Assembly (NCBI GenBank): GCA_963575745.1
Contig: CAUYUJ010000037.1
Span: 372,001-436,000, forward strand
Direction of reading: 5' to 3'
DNA length: 64,000 bases
DNA from: Prorocentrum cordatum
Taxonomy: Eukaryota
The position numbers and the translations under genes were made by a program. Shown here piece after piece: positions 15,234 to 27,631 of this stretch. The notes under the pieces are model-generated. The model searched no databases. It had not been told where the DNA came from and saw only the letters and a list, made by a program, of their open reading frames with translations. Numbering within the stretch: the first letter of the stretch is position 1; each line of letters opens with the position of its first letter.

Positions 15234-16842
15234 GAAAACAAAAGAGACAGAGATAGAGAAAGAAGCACACAGTTTCCTACGATATATAGAGAAGGATACC
15301 GATACCGATATGAATCATGACAGGGGCAGCGAGAAGGAGCGCATGAATTGGCACGAGGAGCGGTACGAATGACCAGAATCCCAGACATCCAACGTCGTGC
15401 CTGTTGTTCCCCATGTGTGCCCCCAGAGGTCGGGACCCCCTCCCGGCGGCATACTGTGCATCTGGATTCACAGATTCACTTTTACGGCCACGAGGCTGGG
15501 TAGTTATGGGCCCCCAGAGGCTGCAAGCGGCCACACATGCACGTTGCGATTTTGTTCACGACCCGAGGAGGTCTGGGCCCACGGTTTTGCAGTCGGCCCC
15601 TGGACCTGTCCAGGGATGCGCTCTGGCGAGATGTCCGAGGGTCAATCCGCCCCGTGCAGCGAGGGTGATCCAGGAGGCCGACAAGCGTCCAGAACCTTCG
15701 TTGTCCCACGCAGCAGCAGCATTAGCAGCGGCAGCAGCAGCAGCAGCAGCGGCAGCAGCAGCAGCAGCAGTGAACCCCCTCAGGCAAGCTGCGCGCCTTC
15801 TGCGTCCGCCACCGGATCTGCGTGGATGCCGGGGCTGTCCGCCTGCTTACCGCCGGGGCTCTTCGGGCGGGCGGTGATGGGGGGAGGGCCATGAAGGGAC
15901 CCTTTCGGTCCCCTTTCTGGGTTTTTCGGGCCCCTGCTGGCTCCAGTAGGGGCCGGGCCCTACATTTACAGGCCCCTGCATGGCAGTTTTCTTCACCCCT
16001 CATGTAGGTCACCCCCCAGGAATTACGACCCGTCCGAACTCTGCCGTTCCCGCCCCTTGGGGCGTGCGCGCGGGGGGAGCCTGTACTGCCTCCTCTGCCT
16101 GCCGCTGCTCCTCTTGCGCCGTCTCCTTCCTGCTCACTCCTCGTCTTCCTCTCCTCCTCATGTTCCTTCCCTTCCTCCTCCTGCTCCTCCTCCAGTTTTT
16201 CTCTTTCCTCATCCTGCGTTTCCCCTTTTTCCTTCTGCTGTTCATCCCCCTCCTCTTCCCTTTCCTCCTGCTCCTCCTCGTTAGGAAGGGAGGAAGAGGA
16301 ACAAAAAGGGGTGTCCAAGACTGGCGTGCGTGCCAGTGGACGCAGGGCCCTCGACAGGGACAGCGTGCGGCGGCCACCTGGTGCCAGTTTGCCTGATTTG
16401 CTCCTTTGCTCCTGGATTCAGACTTCCATTTGCTTTTTCGATCGGAACAGCTTCGGTATTTCAGAATGGTGCTCTCGCTGCAGCCTTGGCCTCATTGCAG
16501 GGTCGGGCCTTGCTCCCGTCGTTCAGAGTGGCGCCTGCGCCCCAGCCCAGGCCGCATTTGTGGATGCGAAAGTTTCCTCGTCGTTGTCGCCACCTTCCCT
16601 TCCCCTCCCCTCCTTCCCCTGGTCCTCCTGCTACACCCGCTCCTTCTGCCCCTGCTGCTGCAGTTCCTTCTCGTCCTCCTCCGTCCTCCTCCATCCTCCA
16701 TCCTCCATCCTCCATCCTCCTTCTCCTCCTCCTCCTCCTCCTCCTCCTCCTCCTCCTCCTAGCCACTCCTGGCTCAGTGGAGCCATCTGCGGGCGCGACT
16801 GGGGGAGGCGCAGCCCGCAGGAGCCCAATCCGAGGTTCCCGG

Positions 16843-18133
16843 ATGACATGGGCCGACCTCCCGGAGGCGCAGCTGGCGCCGTGGAGGTGTGCGGCACGAG
16901 GCGCGCCGGACGTGACGGCGCACGTGGTGCAGGCCGCGGTCAGGGCGGCGGTCGCGGCGGCTCTCCGCGGCCATGCCTGCAGCCGTGCCTCAGCTGGCGC
17001 GGCCCCGGCCTTCCTGTGCACCTTCGGAGGAAAGGTCACGAAGCCGTTCGACCTGTCCGAGGATGGGGTCGCGCAGCCGTTCTCGTTCACGGACAGCATG
17101 CCGGCCCCAGCCGCAGGTGGAGCAGCTGCGGCAGCAGGCAGCCCTGCACCTGTCGGCCAAGGCGGCACCGCCCTCGCCGCCGCCTGGTCTCTGGGTGGCG
17201 CCGTCGGGGCAGAGCCCGATCCCCCCAGCGAGCTGGCAGGGCGCGAGACCCGTTGCACTGGGGCCGATTGTGAAGCAGAGGAAGGGTGAGAAGGTGATGA
17301 AGGAGAACAAGGCCAAGCAGAAGGAGAGGGAGTCGCGCCGACGCCGGAGGCGCTCCCCCCCTCTGGAGGTCAATTGAGCACATCGTGTGCTGGCGATGGC
17401 TCGGGTGCGACGACAGCTTCAGCTTCGGGAACATACCGCCTTCCCCGAACTTCAGCAGCAGTAAGGGAGTGAAGGCAGTGCTCATCGGAGATGATGGTGA
17501 TGACGACGAGGTGGAGGAGAGAGTGCATGTCGAGGGATCCAGCACTCCAGGTACCTCGGAGGGGCACCACGAGGTTGGCGAGGTTGACATCCGAGGGACC
17601 ACGAGGTTGACATCCGCGTCGACCTCCACCAGGGTTGTGGGCAGAAGGGCTGGGCCAAATCCCAGAAGGACCATCAAGGGAAGCCGCTCGGGGAGTTCCC
17701 TTCCTTCCCGTGCTGGACGGCGGGGAGGACATCTACAAGTCGAACAAAGAGGTGGCCGATAAGCAGCTGCAGGTGCTGGCCTTGCGGCGCCTAGCCACCG
17801 ACCGCGTCGTGGGCAAGATCGTCAAGAAGGGCGTGATTGACGCCCCCCGATAACGAGCACGTCGTCGCCAGCAGCACCATCCACGACGAGGGCTCTCTCA
17901 TTGCCGACAGTGAGGGCGAGAGCTTGGACAGCCTGCTCGGCGGGTACGGCCAAGACATCGTGGAAGAAGTAGTGGACGACGTGGAGGGGCGCGAACCAAG
18001 CACGAACGAGGAGAAGCGCGTGCCAGGGGAGGTCATCCAGCAGATGGTGATGCAGACGAACCTAGGCGACGCTGTCCAGGTCAGCGGCCTGGTCACAGCC
18101 CTCGAGGAGTTAATGGGCCCTACCGGTTCGTGA
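16843..18133 (+). pseudogene. Frameshifted coding-like relic of unknown identity
   Basis: Successive + strand fragments with G/C-ending codons and protein-like composition (MTWADLPEAQLAPW.., EKVMKENKAKQKERE, DIYKSNKEVADKQLQVLAL, IQQMVMQTNLGDAVQVSGLVTALEELM); no recognisable domain. Confidence 0.35.
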
Positions 18134-18505
18134 ACTTCGGGGAGCAGGCCGAGGTGGCGCCACTCGGTGCTACGTGTTCGGCCAGTTCGAGCTGAACCTC
18201 GAGGTGGAGGTCGGCACAGCCCTCCCTGGGCTGTGTTGGCCTGAAGGCTTGAGGGCCTTGGGGGGTGATCCAGCGTCGTGGGGTTCGGTTCGGGCTCCTG
18301 TCTGGTTGGTGTCTCCTGGGGCTCGGTTTTGGGGGTGGCTGCAGCTGCCTGGCCCTCGTGGTCTTTTCGTCGGTTCGAGGAACTCGTGGGGGCTGGATCT
18401 CCCCCTGGGGTCGGGCCGGCCCCATCGCGGCTCGGGCGCGCCCGAGGATTTTCGCCCGTCGCGGCGTGCGAGGGGGTCTTCGGACCCCCTCGAGCTAGTC
18501 TTCAG

Positions 18506-18612
18506 CCTCCTCCTCCTCCTCCTCCTCCTCTTCCTCTTCCTTTTCCAGCTCCTCCTCCTCCTCCTCCTCCTCCTCCTCCTCCTCCTCCTCCTCCTCCTCT
18601 TCCTCCTCCTCC
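18506..18612. repeat. (CCT)n microsatellite
   Basis: Direct inspection. Confidence 0.9.
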
Positions 18613-19584
18613 CAGCAGAAACAAAGGAAGAGGACAAATGTGGGCCAGCAAGCAGCAGCAGGGGGCGAGGCAGTCCTGACCCAGGGCCGCACAGAACCTA
18701 CTCGGGCAGAGAGGAGGGAGGAGGGAGGAGGGAGCAGGAAGGAACCGGGAGGAGGAGGAGACGGGCGCGCGGCGGGGAGGCGCGCGCCACCAGACCCTCC
18801 CTTTAGGCGCGCGCGCGCGCCCGCCGGAGGCACGGAGCAGGAAAGGAGAGGGGAAGCAGGGGAAGGAGAGGGAGAAAAACCAGTCAGGTGCACATAATGG
18901 CGGGAAAAGCAGGCAGCCGAGAGAGAAGAAAGGGAGAAGGCGAAGCGCTAGGCGCGCGCAGAAGCAATGGCGGCTCGGTGGGGGCAGGGAGAGGGAAAAA
19001 AGGGGCGGCCAGGGGCGGGGGTGGTCGGGTCGGCGTTGGTAAATGGCAATGGTGGTGGCCGTGGCGCCGTCGTGCTGGCCGTGGTCGTGGTCGTGGTGTT
19101 GGTCGGCAGTGGTCGGCGGCACTGGTGGTGGTCGAGCTGCCGGCTACCACAGCAGGTCACGGCCGTCCTGGCCGCTGTGGTGCTGCTGGCGGCCCCGCTG
19201 CCGCTGCGCTTGACATGCCCTCTCGGCGGGGTGCTTCTGGGAGCGCTCTCACCGCCCCACGGCCGCTAGGATGGCCTCGGCGCTACACAGCTTCCATGCT
19301 CATACTGCGCATTACGCGAGAAGGGGGTCTTGTGCAGGCGTCCAGGTCCGCACGCCCATCGGCGGATAGAGAAGAAACCAGCAATCGGCAGGGATTGGTG
19401 GGAGGTGTAGGATGCCTGATCTGGCGCGAGCGCACCTAGCTAGTCCTCCTTGAGAGGAGGTCCCTGGAGGCCTCCTGACGTCTCCAGAAGCTGCCGGAGG
19501 CCTCCTAGAGGCCGCCCGAGGCCCCATGAGCGTCAGAAAAGACAAAAACACGCTCCGAGGCGCTGGATGGCCCGTCCTCCCCAG

Positions 19585-19970
19585 GCGCCCTCGGGTCATG
19601 CACAAATCATGACGGGCGTTCCTTTTTTTTGTTGCTAATTTCGGCCTGGGGGCCCTCACCGGGCCCCGGGACCGTCAAAAAACGCTCAGGATGAGAAACC
19701 GGTCCTGGGGAATGGGTCGATACCTCCAGGGGTCGACGTTATGGAATTCATGACGTCGGGGACCCGGGTCCCCTCCCTGCGACGTGGTAAGTTAAGTCCA
19801 GACCCCCGACGTCGCGAGTTTTGTTTAACGTGGACCCCCCGAGGTCTCGACCCATTCCCAGGGATTGTTTTTTCATAATTTTCTGTCGGTTCCAGGGCCT
19901 AACGAGGGCACCCAGGGGGCGAGAACGGCAGAAAATCGTCCGTCGTGATGTTTTCACTGCGCGAAGGGAT
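19585..19970. repeat. Imperfect inverted pair of ~175 bp family D arms
   Basis: Left arm ..ctggggaatgggtcgatacctc..ggggtcgacgtta..gacgtcgggga vs right arm gacccccgacgtc..taacgtggacccc..gaggtctcgacccattccca; further copies at ~20390-20600 (-) and 23620-23807 (+). Confidence 0.75.
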
Positions 19971-22517
19971 CCGAGAGTCAACCGCCCGAAGATGGTGCGC
20001 GAGCCTTGGAGCACCCGCCAACGGGTGGCCGGATGGCCCCTGGGCGATGCTCGAAGGAGGTTGCTCCGCCAACCTCTCCCGAGCGATGCCGTGTGCCTCC
20101 CCCAGAGAAGGAGGATGGAGGAGGAGAGAAGGAGGAGGAGGAGGAGGAGGAGGAGGAGGAGGAGGAGGAGGAGGAGGTGGACGACATTCCTGCCGCCCTC
20201 CTCCCCTGTTTTTTGAGTTCCTGGAGCCTCCCCCCTTCGTCCACCTGGAGCGCAAGCCCTGGGCAAGATGTAACCCCCTGTCTGCGCGGATGTCTTGGGC
20301 CCTGGGCTGGATACACCCTTTCCCTGGCCATGGAGGCGTCGCCAAAGGTGCGGGGAGGGAGGTTCAGCACCAACCCAATAATCCGCGCGAGGCTCCCGAC
20401 ACGTGCTCCCGTGTCGTCCTTGTACTTTATCGAGTGGTCACCCCCAGAGATCCGATGTCTTGGTGTTGTTCAATGCGGGGTCCCCTGAAGGCTCGATTCA
20501 CGCCCAGGGGCGGATGTTGCACTCAGAGCCGTTCCTTGACGGACCTGGGACCCGGCGAGGGCCTCTAGAGGCCGAGCTCGGAGAAAAAAACCTCCGTCTC
20601 GAGTTTTGCAGCACGCTGGGGCCCTGGGGGTGTGCTCCAGCGACCTCTCCGTCCGCCCCAAGACGGTGCACGAGCCCCGGAGCCCCCGCCGACGGGGGGC
20701 CCGCGGGCTTCAACCGGGATTCTGCGGGCGCCCGCTGCACCGCGCCGTTCGGCAGCTGCGGCCGCCTCGGGGCCCGCGGGGCGGGCCGCCGGGCGTGGAG
20801 AGGAGTCTGGCCCGCCCTGATCACTGGCTGCGCTCTGTCGGCCGCGATCAGTGTAGAAAGAGAATGATCGGGTTGGGAAAATGGGGCGGGGAGAAATGGT
20901 CCGATCGTTCGCATTACACGGTCGCGCCCTGTGCTATGACGCAGTCGTGCCCTGTGTTTCCAGCCCCCGTCCTCCCAACACGAGAACTGTTTTGCTCATC
21001 GGTAGCGACCGAATCGGCACTCCGAGTCGGTCGCCAGCGATGTGGCAGGAAATGGGGCGTGACCGATCCCGGAATCTGAAGCAAAATCGGTAGCGACCGA
21101 TATTCGTCGGTCGCGATTGGGAAGTTCCAGCATCCAGTGATCAGAGTGGGGGGAGTTGTTCCCAGGCGTCCTTCCCGTCCGCTCCAGGGGGAGGGGGAGA
21201 AGAGCCCAGACCGCCGTCGCGAGGTCCTCGGGGGCTCTCGCGGGATCCAGCAGGCCTTCTCGCCTCGGGATGCTCTCCAGCTGCTGCGCCCCATCCTGCA
21301 GACGCAGGGCGTCGAGATCGCCCCAGTCGACGGCAGGGGTCTGCCTGGGGAGCTGGATCCCCAGACGGGGTTCAAGCGGGCTCGACCCGAGCTGTCAGCC
21401 CGGGTGGCCTCCGATCTCTCGGGTGTTTTTGGGTCACGCGACGGGGCGCGCAGCTACCCGCTTTGGGCGCGCTCCGCGACCCTGGCCAGAGAGGCACCAT
21501 ACGATGCAACCTTCTGGGAGGGTTAACTTAGCATCGGCGCTGCTATATCGGTGGTCGTGCACCAGCCTAATCTGGCATAGTCCCGCGTAGTTCCGCTTAG
21601 TCTGTCTTAATATGGCTTAATTGTGGGCTTCATCTGGCCTTACTTGTTATTGCGCCTCCTAAGGTACACAGGGGAGAAGAAGAATATAGCGATTCCGATG
21701 CCCTTCCTTGGGGTGCACGTCCCCCCCACGGCCAGATCGTCATCGATTTGTTCGAACCCCTGGCCAGTGCGCATCCCGGGCGAGGTCGGGAGAGCAGCAG
21801 TATCGGTATCGTTATGTTTATGTTCTTCCAGGTTTTCTCATCCGCCGATAACCAGAAAGCACTTCAACCAACAACATAGCATGTTTGCCAGCGCGGACCC
21901 CACACTGTGAGTCGTTGTGCTCTGGATGTGTGGGCTATCTGGTGCAGTCTGCGCAGTGCGACACGTGCGGTGCTACACGTGCGTTGCAGATCATGCGGTC
22001 CAGCACGTGGGATACGGGGCACAGGCCTTATGGTGCCAGCCACGTGGCTCCAGCGATGTGTTGCAGGCTGTATGGTGCAGGCTGTGGGCTGCAGTAGATG
22101 TGCTGCAAGCTGTGTGTAAGCAAGCTGTGTGTGATCTCGTGCAGGCTGTGGGCTGCAGCATGCGCGGTGCGCCCACAGGCGCACGGGGCGCCCACAGGGC
22201 GGCCTCGGGGCGGCGACCGGGCGAAGGCCCCGAAGCGCACGCGGTCACTGGCCCAGGAAGCGAGAGCCCCCCACGGGTGCAAGCACTGCTCGGGGAGAGT
22301 GCAACAGAGAGTCTCCCATGCACCTGTCCCCACGCGGGCCGCGCGAGGGGTTCGCGCGAAAGCAGTTGCGCGCCAAGCGCGGCGCGGGGCGGGAAGCCAG
22401 GTAGCTGCAGCGCATCGTAGAGTAGGCACGTCAAGTAAGAATGCAACCGTCTGTGTCTACTGTAGCGCTTCGGGCATTGTGCGCAGTGGCCTCGGCCCTT
22501 CTTCGAAGGAGGAAAAG

Positions 22518-22686
22518 CGGCATAAACATAAACGTTCGGAGGTCCGCGCGGATTTCTTGGATCTGCGCTGGCCCCTCCTGGTGGCGCCTCTGGCGCCGCC
22601 CCCAGCGCGCTCCGAACGCAAGGGATGGGGGCATGACGCCGATGCAAGAAATGTGCGCGGACCTCCGAAAGTTCCCGTTCATGGTG
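22518..22686. mobile_element. MITE-like family B copy, opposite orientation to 11168-11340
   Basis: cggcataaacataaacgttcggaggtccgcgcggatttcttg and caagaaatgtgcgcggacctccgaaagtt are inverted; the core is the reverse complement of the 11168 copy. Confidence 0.75.
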
Positions 22687-23401
22687 TGTCCTCTTCCTCT
22701 GCTCCTGGGCACGCCGGCCCCCCGCCGCCGGGCTCCGCCGAGGCGGCTACCGGCACGCGTGCGCGATCTGCGGCGCCGAGGAGGGGCGCGCAAGGGGGGG
22801 GGGGGGCAGAGCTGGCGGGGAGAGGGGGCGGCTGGGTACGGTCGGCTGCGTTGCACCAGACCTCCCAGATGGGGTCGGAGGATCGTGCCGCATCGCCGCC
22901 GCATCGGCGATGCGGCTCGATGTGGGGCCCGCTTTGCTCCACGCCGACGACTCCGATGCGTCGCCGATGCGTCGCCGATGCATCGCCGATGCATCGCCGA
23001 TGCATCGCCGACGCTTTGGCGATGGGGGCAGCACGTGGGGTTTTCGAGAGTTCCCGCGGGCTCTTGGAGGCTGTCCTGCCTCGGGATGCGCTCCAGGAGC
23101 TGCGCCTCGGCAAGAGCTCTCCCGGGCCCAGGAGAGCTCCTGGCCAGGCGGCGGCGGCGCCGCGCCGCAGGGCGCTCCAGCGGCATCTGCGCTCGCCACG
23201 CGGGGTTTGCCCCAGCGCGGCGGCGCGCCCGGCATGTCAGGCTTGCTGCCCGGGACGCCCAGGGCCTCGCAGGAGACTTGGCTCTCCCTGGGGGGCCCAG
23301 GTCGTCCCGATCCGGCCGCCGGAGGCCCGACCGAGCTCTGGCGCGAAGGCCAGACGACGGGCGAGCGAGGAGCAGAGCCAGACGGGGGAGAGGGGGGGGG
23401 C

Positions 23402-23579
23402 GGGGTAGTCGAAGGCCAGACTGTCAGATTGGATTGGGCCCGAAGGGCCAATCTGGCCTGGCCAAACTGGAGGATTGGGGTTATTCGCCAGACTGGATTC
23501 GCGTTGGCTCCCTCGTCAGATTGCCGCCGTTTGCCATATTGGGCCTGCCAGATTGGCGCCAGATTGGCTTCGACTACCC
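23402..23579. mobile_element. MITE-like element (~178 bp) with internal ccagattgg repeats and an 11-bp flanking direct repeat
   Basis: gggtagtcgaaggccagactg / cagattggcttcgactaccc inverted ends; agggggggggc at 23391-23401 and 23580-23590. Confidence 0.7.
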
Positions 23580-23619
23580 AGGGGGGGGGCAGGGCGTCCA
23601 CGGCATGGTTGGGTTCCCG

Positions 23620-23807
23620 GACCCCCTTCGGGTCATGAACAAAATCACGACGGAAGGTGTCGTATGATTATCGGCCTCTGGGGGCCCTCGCTGGGCCCCG
23701 GGGCCGTCAAAAAACGGCTCGCGACGAAAGGCCGGTCCTGGGGAAAAGGGTCGAGAACTCTCGGGGGTCCGCGTCTTGAGAAATTATAGAACGAGGCGTC
23801 GGGGGTC
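23620..23807. repeat. Family D arm
   Basis: gggccctc.c.gggccccggg.ccgtcaaaaaacg..ccggtcctgggga..gggtcga matches 19650-19720. Confidence 0.75.
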
Positions 23808-25811
23808 GGGGTTGGCTGCGTCGCAGTCGGCGGTCCGCTACACTCGGTCGGTTCGGTTGGGTCGATTGCTGCACCGCTGGGCCCTGCTGGGCTGCCTTCT
23901 CTGCCTGTCGGTTTCGGTCGGCTCCAGTTTCGCTGCCAGTTCGATCAGTTTTCGGTTTTGCCGTCGGCGTGGGCGTCCATGGGGAGGGAGGGGGCGAGGG
24001 AGAGGTATCACATGTTTCAGATGCCTCCGTGCGGTCGTCCTCCCCTCGTTCGTCTCTAGTTTACGCAGTGATTCGCTAAGCCCAGTCGGGATACGTATCG
24101 ATGTCAACGTTGTGCGCTTGTGCGTTTTGTGCGTCGGGTTGCTATTGTTTGTGATCCCTTCACTTCCACTTTTGCGCATGCGTGGTAAAAGAATGATCGG
24201 AGAGGGTGTGCAAAATTTGATCCAACTGTCAGCTGCATCCGGAACACATGGGGTGTCAAGAGAGATCTGCTGTCGGGGCGGCATGACCATGCGCCGCATT
24301 GGGGTCTTGCGCTTGGGCCCCCTGGTGTCTCCTCTCGAGCGCCTCGTTTCCTGTTGCCCCGTTGACTCCACACCACCATGACGAACTCCTCTTCGTTTTG
24401 TCGCCTCGTTCCCGCCTGTCCAGCTCACCTCATAACCACCTCTCCAACTCCTCTTGGCATAGCTCGGACGTGTGCATTTTTTCTTTGCGAGAACCATCGA
24501 GGACCATCCTGGACCATCGAGCAAAAAACACACGCACGAAACCGAAACATGCACGGGACATGGACGTCCGAGCGACGGCAAGTCCTGTTCATTATGTCCA
24601 CTCTGCTCGCCCTGTTCCCCCGGGCTCCTCCCCAGCGGCCTCTCTCCCCGTGCACTCCCAGGAGAAAGGCGGGCCCGGCGGGCAGTACAGCAGCCACGGC
24701 GGCTCCAACTGCCTCAAGTTTCAGGCCGTTGCACTGCTCAGTGGGTTGTGGGAGCTGGCGAGCGGCAGCAACAACGATGAGAGGAAGTACGAAGAGAAGG
24801 AGGAGGAGGAGGACAGGAGGAGGAGGAGGAGGAGGAGGAGCCGCATGGTGGGGGAGTGGATGCGTAAGAAGGGAGGGCGTGCGAGTGAGGTTCGGCAGAA
24901 GCATACATGCGAAGGAATGAAGGCCGCAGTCGTGGGGAAGAGGGTGGGAGGCGAGGGGCATGTGTGGGAGAGATAAGGTGCAGGAGCGGACTATGTACAG
25001 GAGGGCTGAGGTGGAGAGGAGGATGAGAAACCTGGCAACAGGGCTACGCAGGGCAGGCAAGAGAAAGGCAGGGACGGGGGAGAAGAGCTACAGAGAGAGA
25101 CAGAGAGAGAGAGAGAGCGAGAGGGCGAGAGAGAGAGAGAGAAGGAGCGAGAGCCTGGCGCCTCTGAGGAGCACGGGGGGCGGGATCGCATCGGAGGCGA
25201 GCATCCAATCCCGCGCGGCGGTACTACTGTCTGTCGCTTGGGCGGACTATCTGCTTGCGAACGGATGGAAGGCGAGACTCGGCGGGGGAGGAACCAAATC
25301 TTGGAGGGACGACCGTGTCCGTTGCAGCGACAGACGCCAGTGAGCATAATCTCATATCATTCACCATGCGCCCTCATTGCGAAGGCTGCGTCGTACCGGC
25401 CAGGGGTCCGTAGTTGCGCCTAGCGAGCCGTTTGCGCCAGAAACGCGCAGTATCAAGTTGCACTTGCTATGTTTCCCCCATCTATCCTAAGTGGGGTTCT
25501 TGTTGTCTCTGGACACCCCCGCCTAGGACAGAACACCTCACCCTTTTCTCCTGTCCTCTTTTCACACTCATCACCGCTATCACGCAAGCCTCATAATCAT
25601 CATCATCACCCTATCATGATCATCGGCCGTCATCAGAAAGACGCAACTGTGTCCTACTCACCATCGCCACACCACCGTCATCTCGCGCAGTCACACACAC
25701 ACACACACGCGCACTTTCTCACGCGCTTACGCACGCATCTTGAGGACTTGAGCATCGTCAACATCACACACGCACTCACTCACTCACACTCACACTCTCA
25801 TCGTGAGGAAG

Positions 25812-26200
25812 TCTCAAACGGGAGCCTCGTGTCTGAGTGAGTCGCGAGAAAGTCTCGAGCGGGAGCCCCTCCCTATGGGGTCCCCAACCCATGATTTCAA
25901 TCCGAGCGGTGCATCGGAACCTTGTACCTGTCGTCACTCTGGGGCTCTTGGGGTTTGACTATGGACGTCTCGAGCGATGGCCTCGTGTGTGAGTGAATTG
26001 CGGGGAAGTCTCGAGCGGGAACCCGTCCATATGGGGTCCCCAGTTTTTTGTTGTTAAAAAGATTCCAGCGGTGTATTGGAACCCTGTACCCGTCGTTACT
26101 CTGGGGCTCTTGGGGTTTGAGTATTGAGGAGGTCTCGAGCGGGAGCCTCGTGTTTGAGTGGATTGCGGGGAAGTCTCTAGTGGGAGCCCCTCCCTATTGA
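25812..26200. repeat. ~160 bp tandem repeat, about 2.4 copies
   Basis: gcctcgtgt.tgagtg..t.gcg.g.aagtctc.ag.ggga recurs near 25824, 25980 and 26145; actctggggctcttggggtttga occurs twice. Confidence 0.85.
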
Positions 26201-26344
26201 GCCCGCGTTTCATGGTACTGATCGGAGGCGACTTGATCGGCGAGTGGCACGCACACGGGAGAAGGAGGAGAAGGACGACGAAGTGCGTTTCCAGAGCAGC
26301 CCAGAAGAATCTCATGTGGGTCTTTATGCCGTCGGAATAGTTAA

Positions 26345-26430
26345 CTAGCGCTTCGGCGCGCTGGCCGGTCTGGACCTAGGCGCCCGCGTGCATGCGCAAT
26401 CCTGTACGCAAGCGCTGGCCGTGGCATCAG
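26345..26430 (-). mobile_element. Degenerate Helitron-like 3' terminus related to 2345-2452
   Basis: Minus strand reads atgccacggccagcgcttg..gcctaggtccagaccggccagcgcgccgaagcgCTAG|T, aligning by eye to atgtcacgcgcctgtgcttg..gcctgggctagaacctgagcgcgcgcgaagcgc..CTAG|T. Confidence 0.45.
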
Positions 26431-26879
26431 CGCCCTCTCGCGCCGCGGGGATGCGCGAGGAGGGAGCGGCGAGGCGGCGACGCCAGCAGGGGGGACGGAT
26501 TGTCAGGGGAGGGCGAGGCGGGGCTGGGCTTGCGCCGGAGGGCGCCGAGTTTTCACCGACACCGCTCCCGGCTTGAGCGGGCCAACATTTGGCCAGAATT
26601 TGCCCCAGACCGGATTTTCCTGAGGGGCGAAGAGTCCAGACCTCCGACGGTGCGGTTTTTTTCCCAGGACGTCGCGGGCTCCTGAAGCTCCTGAGACCAG
26701 TCTTCTGTCATGGCCAGTGTGTTGCTTGCCGCAGTTCTCGAGAATTTGCCCTCGGGCGCCGGGATCACGAGAAGTGCCCGCCGTGACTTTTGTTTGCTGC
26801 AGCGCCTGGAGGTCTGGGCAGCAGCAGCGACGGCTAGGGCATGTGCCGGCGGCAGGAGCAGCGCCTTCCTGCCAGCCGT

Positions 26880-26946
26880 GCGGACGTGGCGACGGCGACG
26901 GCGACCGCGACGGCACCGAAGGCGCCGCCGCCACTGGCGACGTCGG

Positions 26947-26977
<31 letters not shown>

Positions 26978-27094
26978 AACGCCGACGCCGATTTCGAAGA
27001 CGACGGGTTCGACGCCGACGACGATGGCGACGACGACGCTGAGCACGACGGTGCCGACGCCGATTCCCGACGCCGCCGGCGACGCCGCCGACGG

Positions 27095-27125
<31 letters not shown>

Positions 27126-27510
27126 CGACGCCGGCGACGGCGGCGGCGACGGCAACGGCGGCAGGGCGAGCCTGCGCACCCCTGCGGCGTGGGCACGCTG
27201 GGGGGCCCGCGCGGCTGGAGGGTCGAGGGTCCAGGCAGCGAGGGTGCAGCGCAGGCAGCGGGCGTCCAGGCAGCGAGGCTCCAGGCATCGAGGCTCCAGG
27301 CATCGGGGAGCCGAGGCTTGCGGACCCCAGGGTCGGGGGTCCGAGGATCGAGGAGCCGAGTATCGAGGGTCCAGGGATCGAGGATCCAAGGACCCAAGGA
27401 TCGAGGAAGCAAGGATCGACGAGCCAGGCATCTGCGGCATCGACTGCCCAGCAATCGAGGATCCGGGAATCGACGGTCCGGCAATCGAGGGTCCGGCCAT
27501 CGAGGACGGC
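26880..27510. repeat. (GAC/GCC/GGC)n tract followed by a ~15 bp atcgaggatccagg-like minisatellite
   Basis: gacgcc repeats at 26880-27160; atcgagg units at about 15 bp spacing at 27285-27510. Confidence 0.85.
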
Positions 27511-27631
27511 CGGCGGCCGCGGCCGCCGCGCCCGCCGAGGCCTGGCTGCTGGCCCACGGCTCCTAGCCCCGAGCGCGCTGCCGGGCGCTCCTCGCCTCTG
27601 GGCCCGGATCGGCATTGGTACGGGAAGGATG

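Noticed and set aside
19420..19445. Third Helitron-like end (gcgcgagcgc..ctagctagt)
   Set aside because: The stem is only 4 bp and has no clear homology to the other two termini.
23776..24581. Overlapping 201-aa and 247-aa ORFs in non-repetitive sequence
   Set aside because: No recognisable motif or codon pattern; cannot be supported as CDS.
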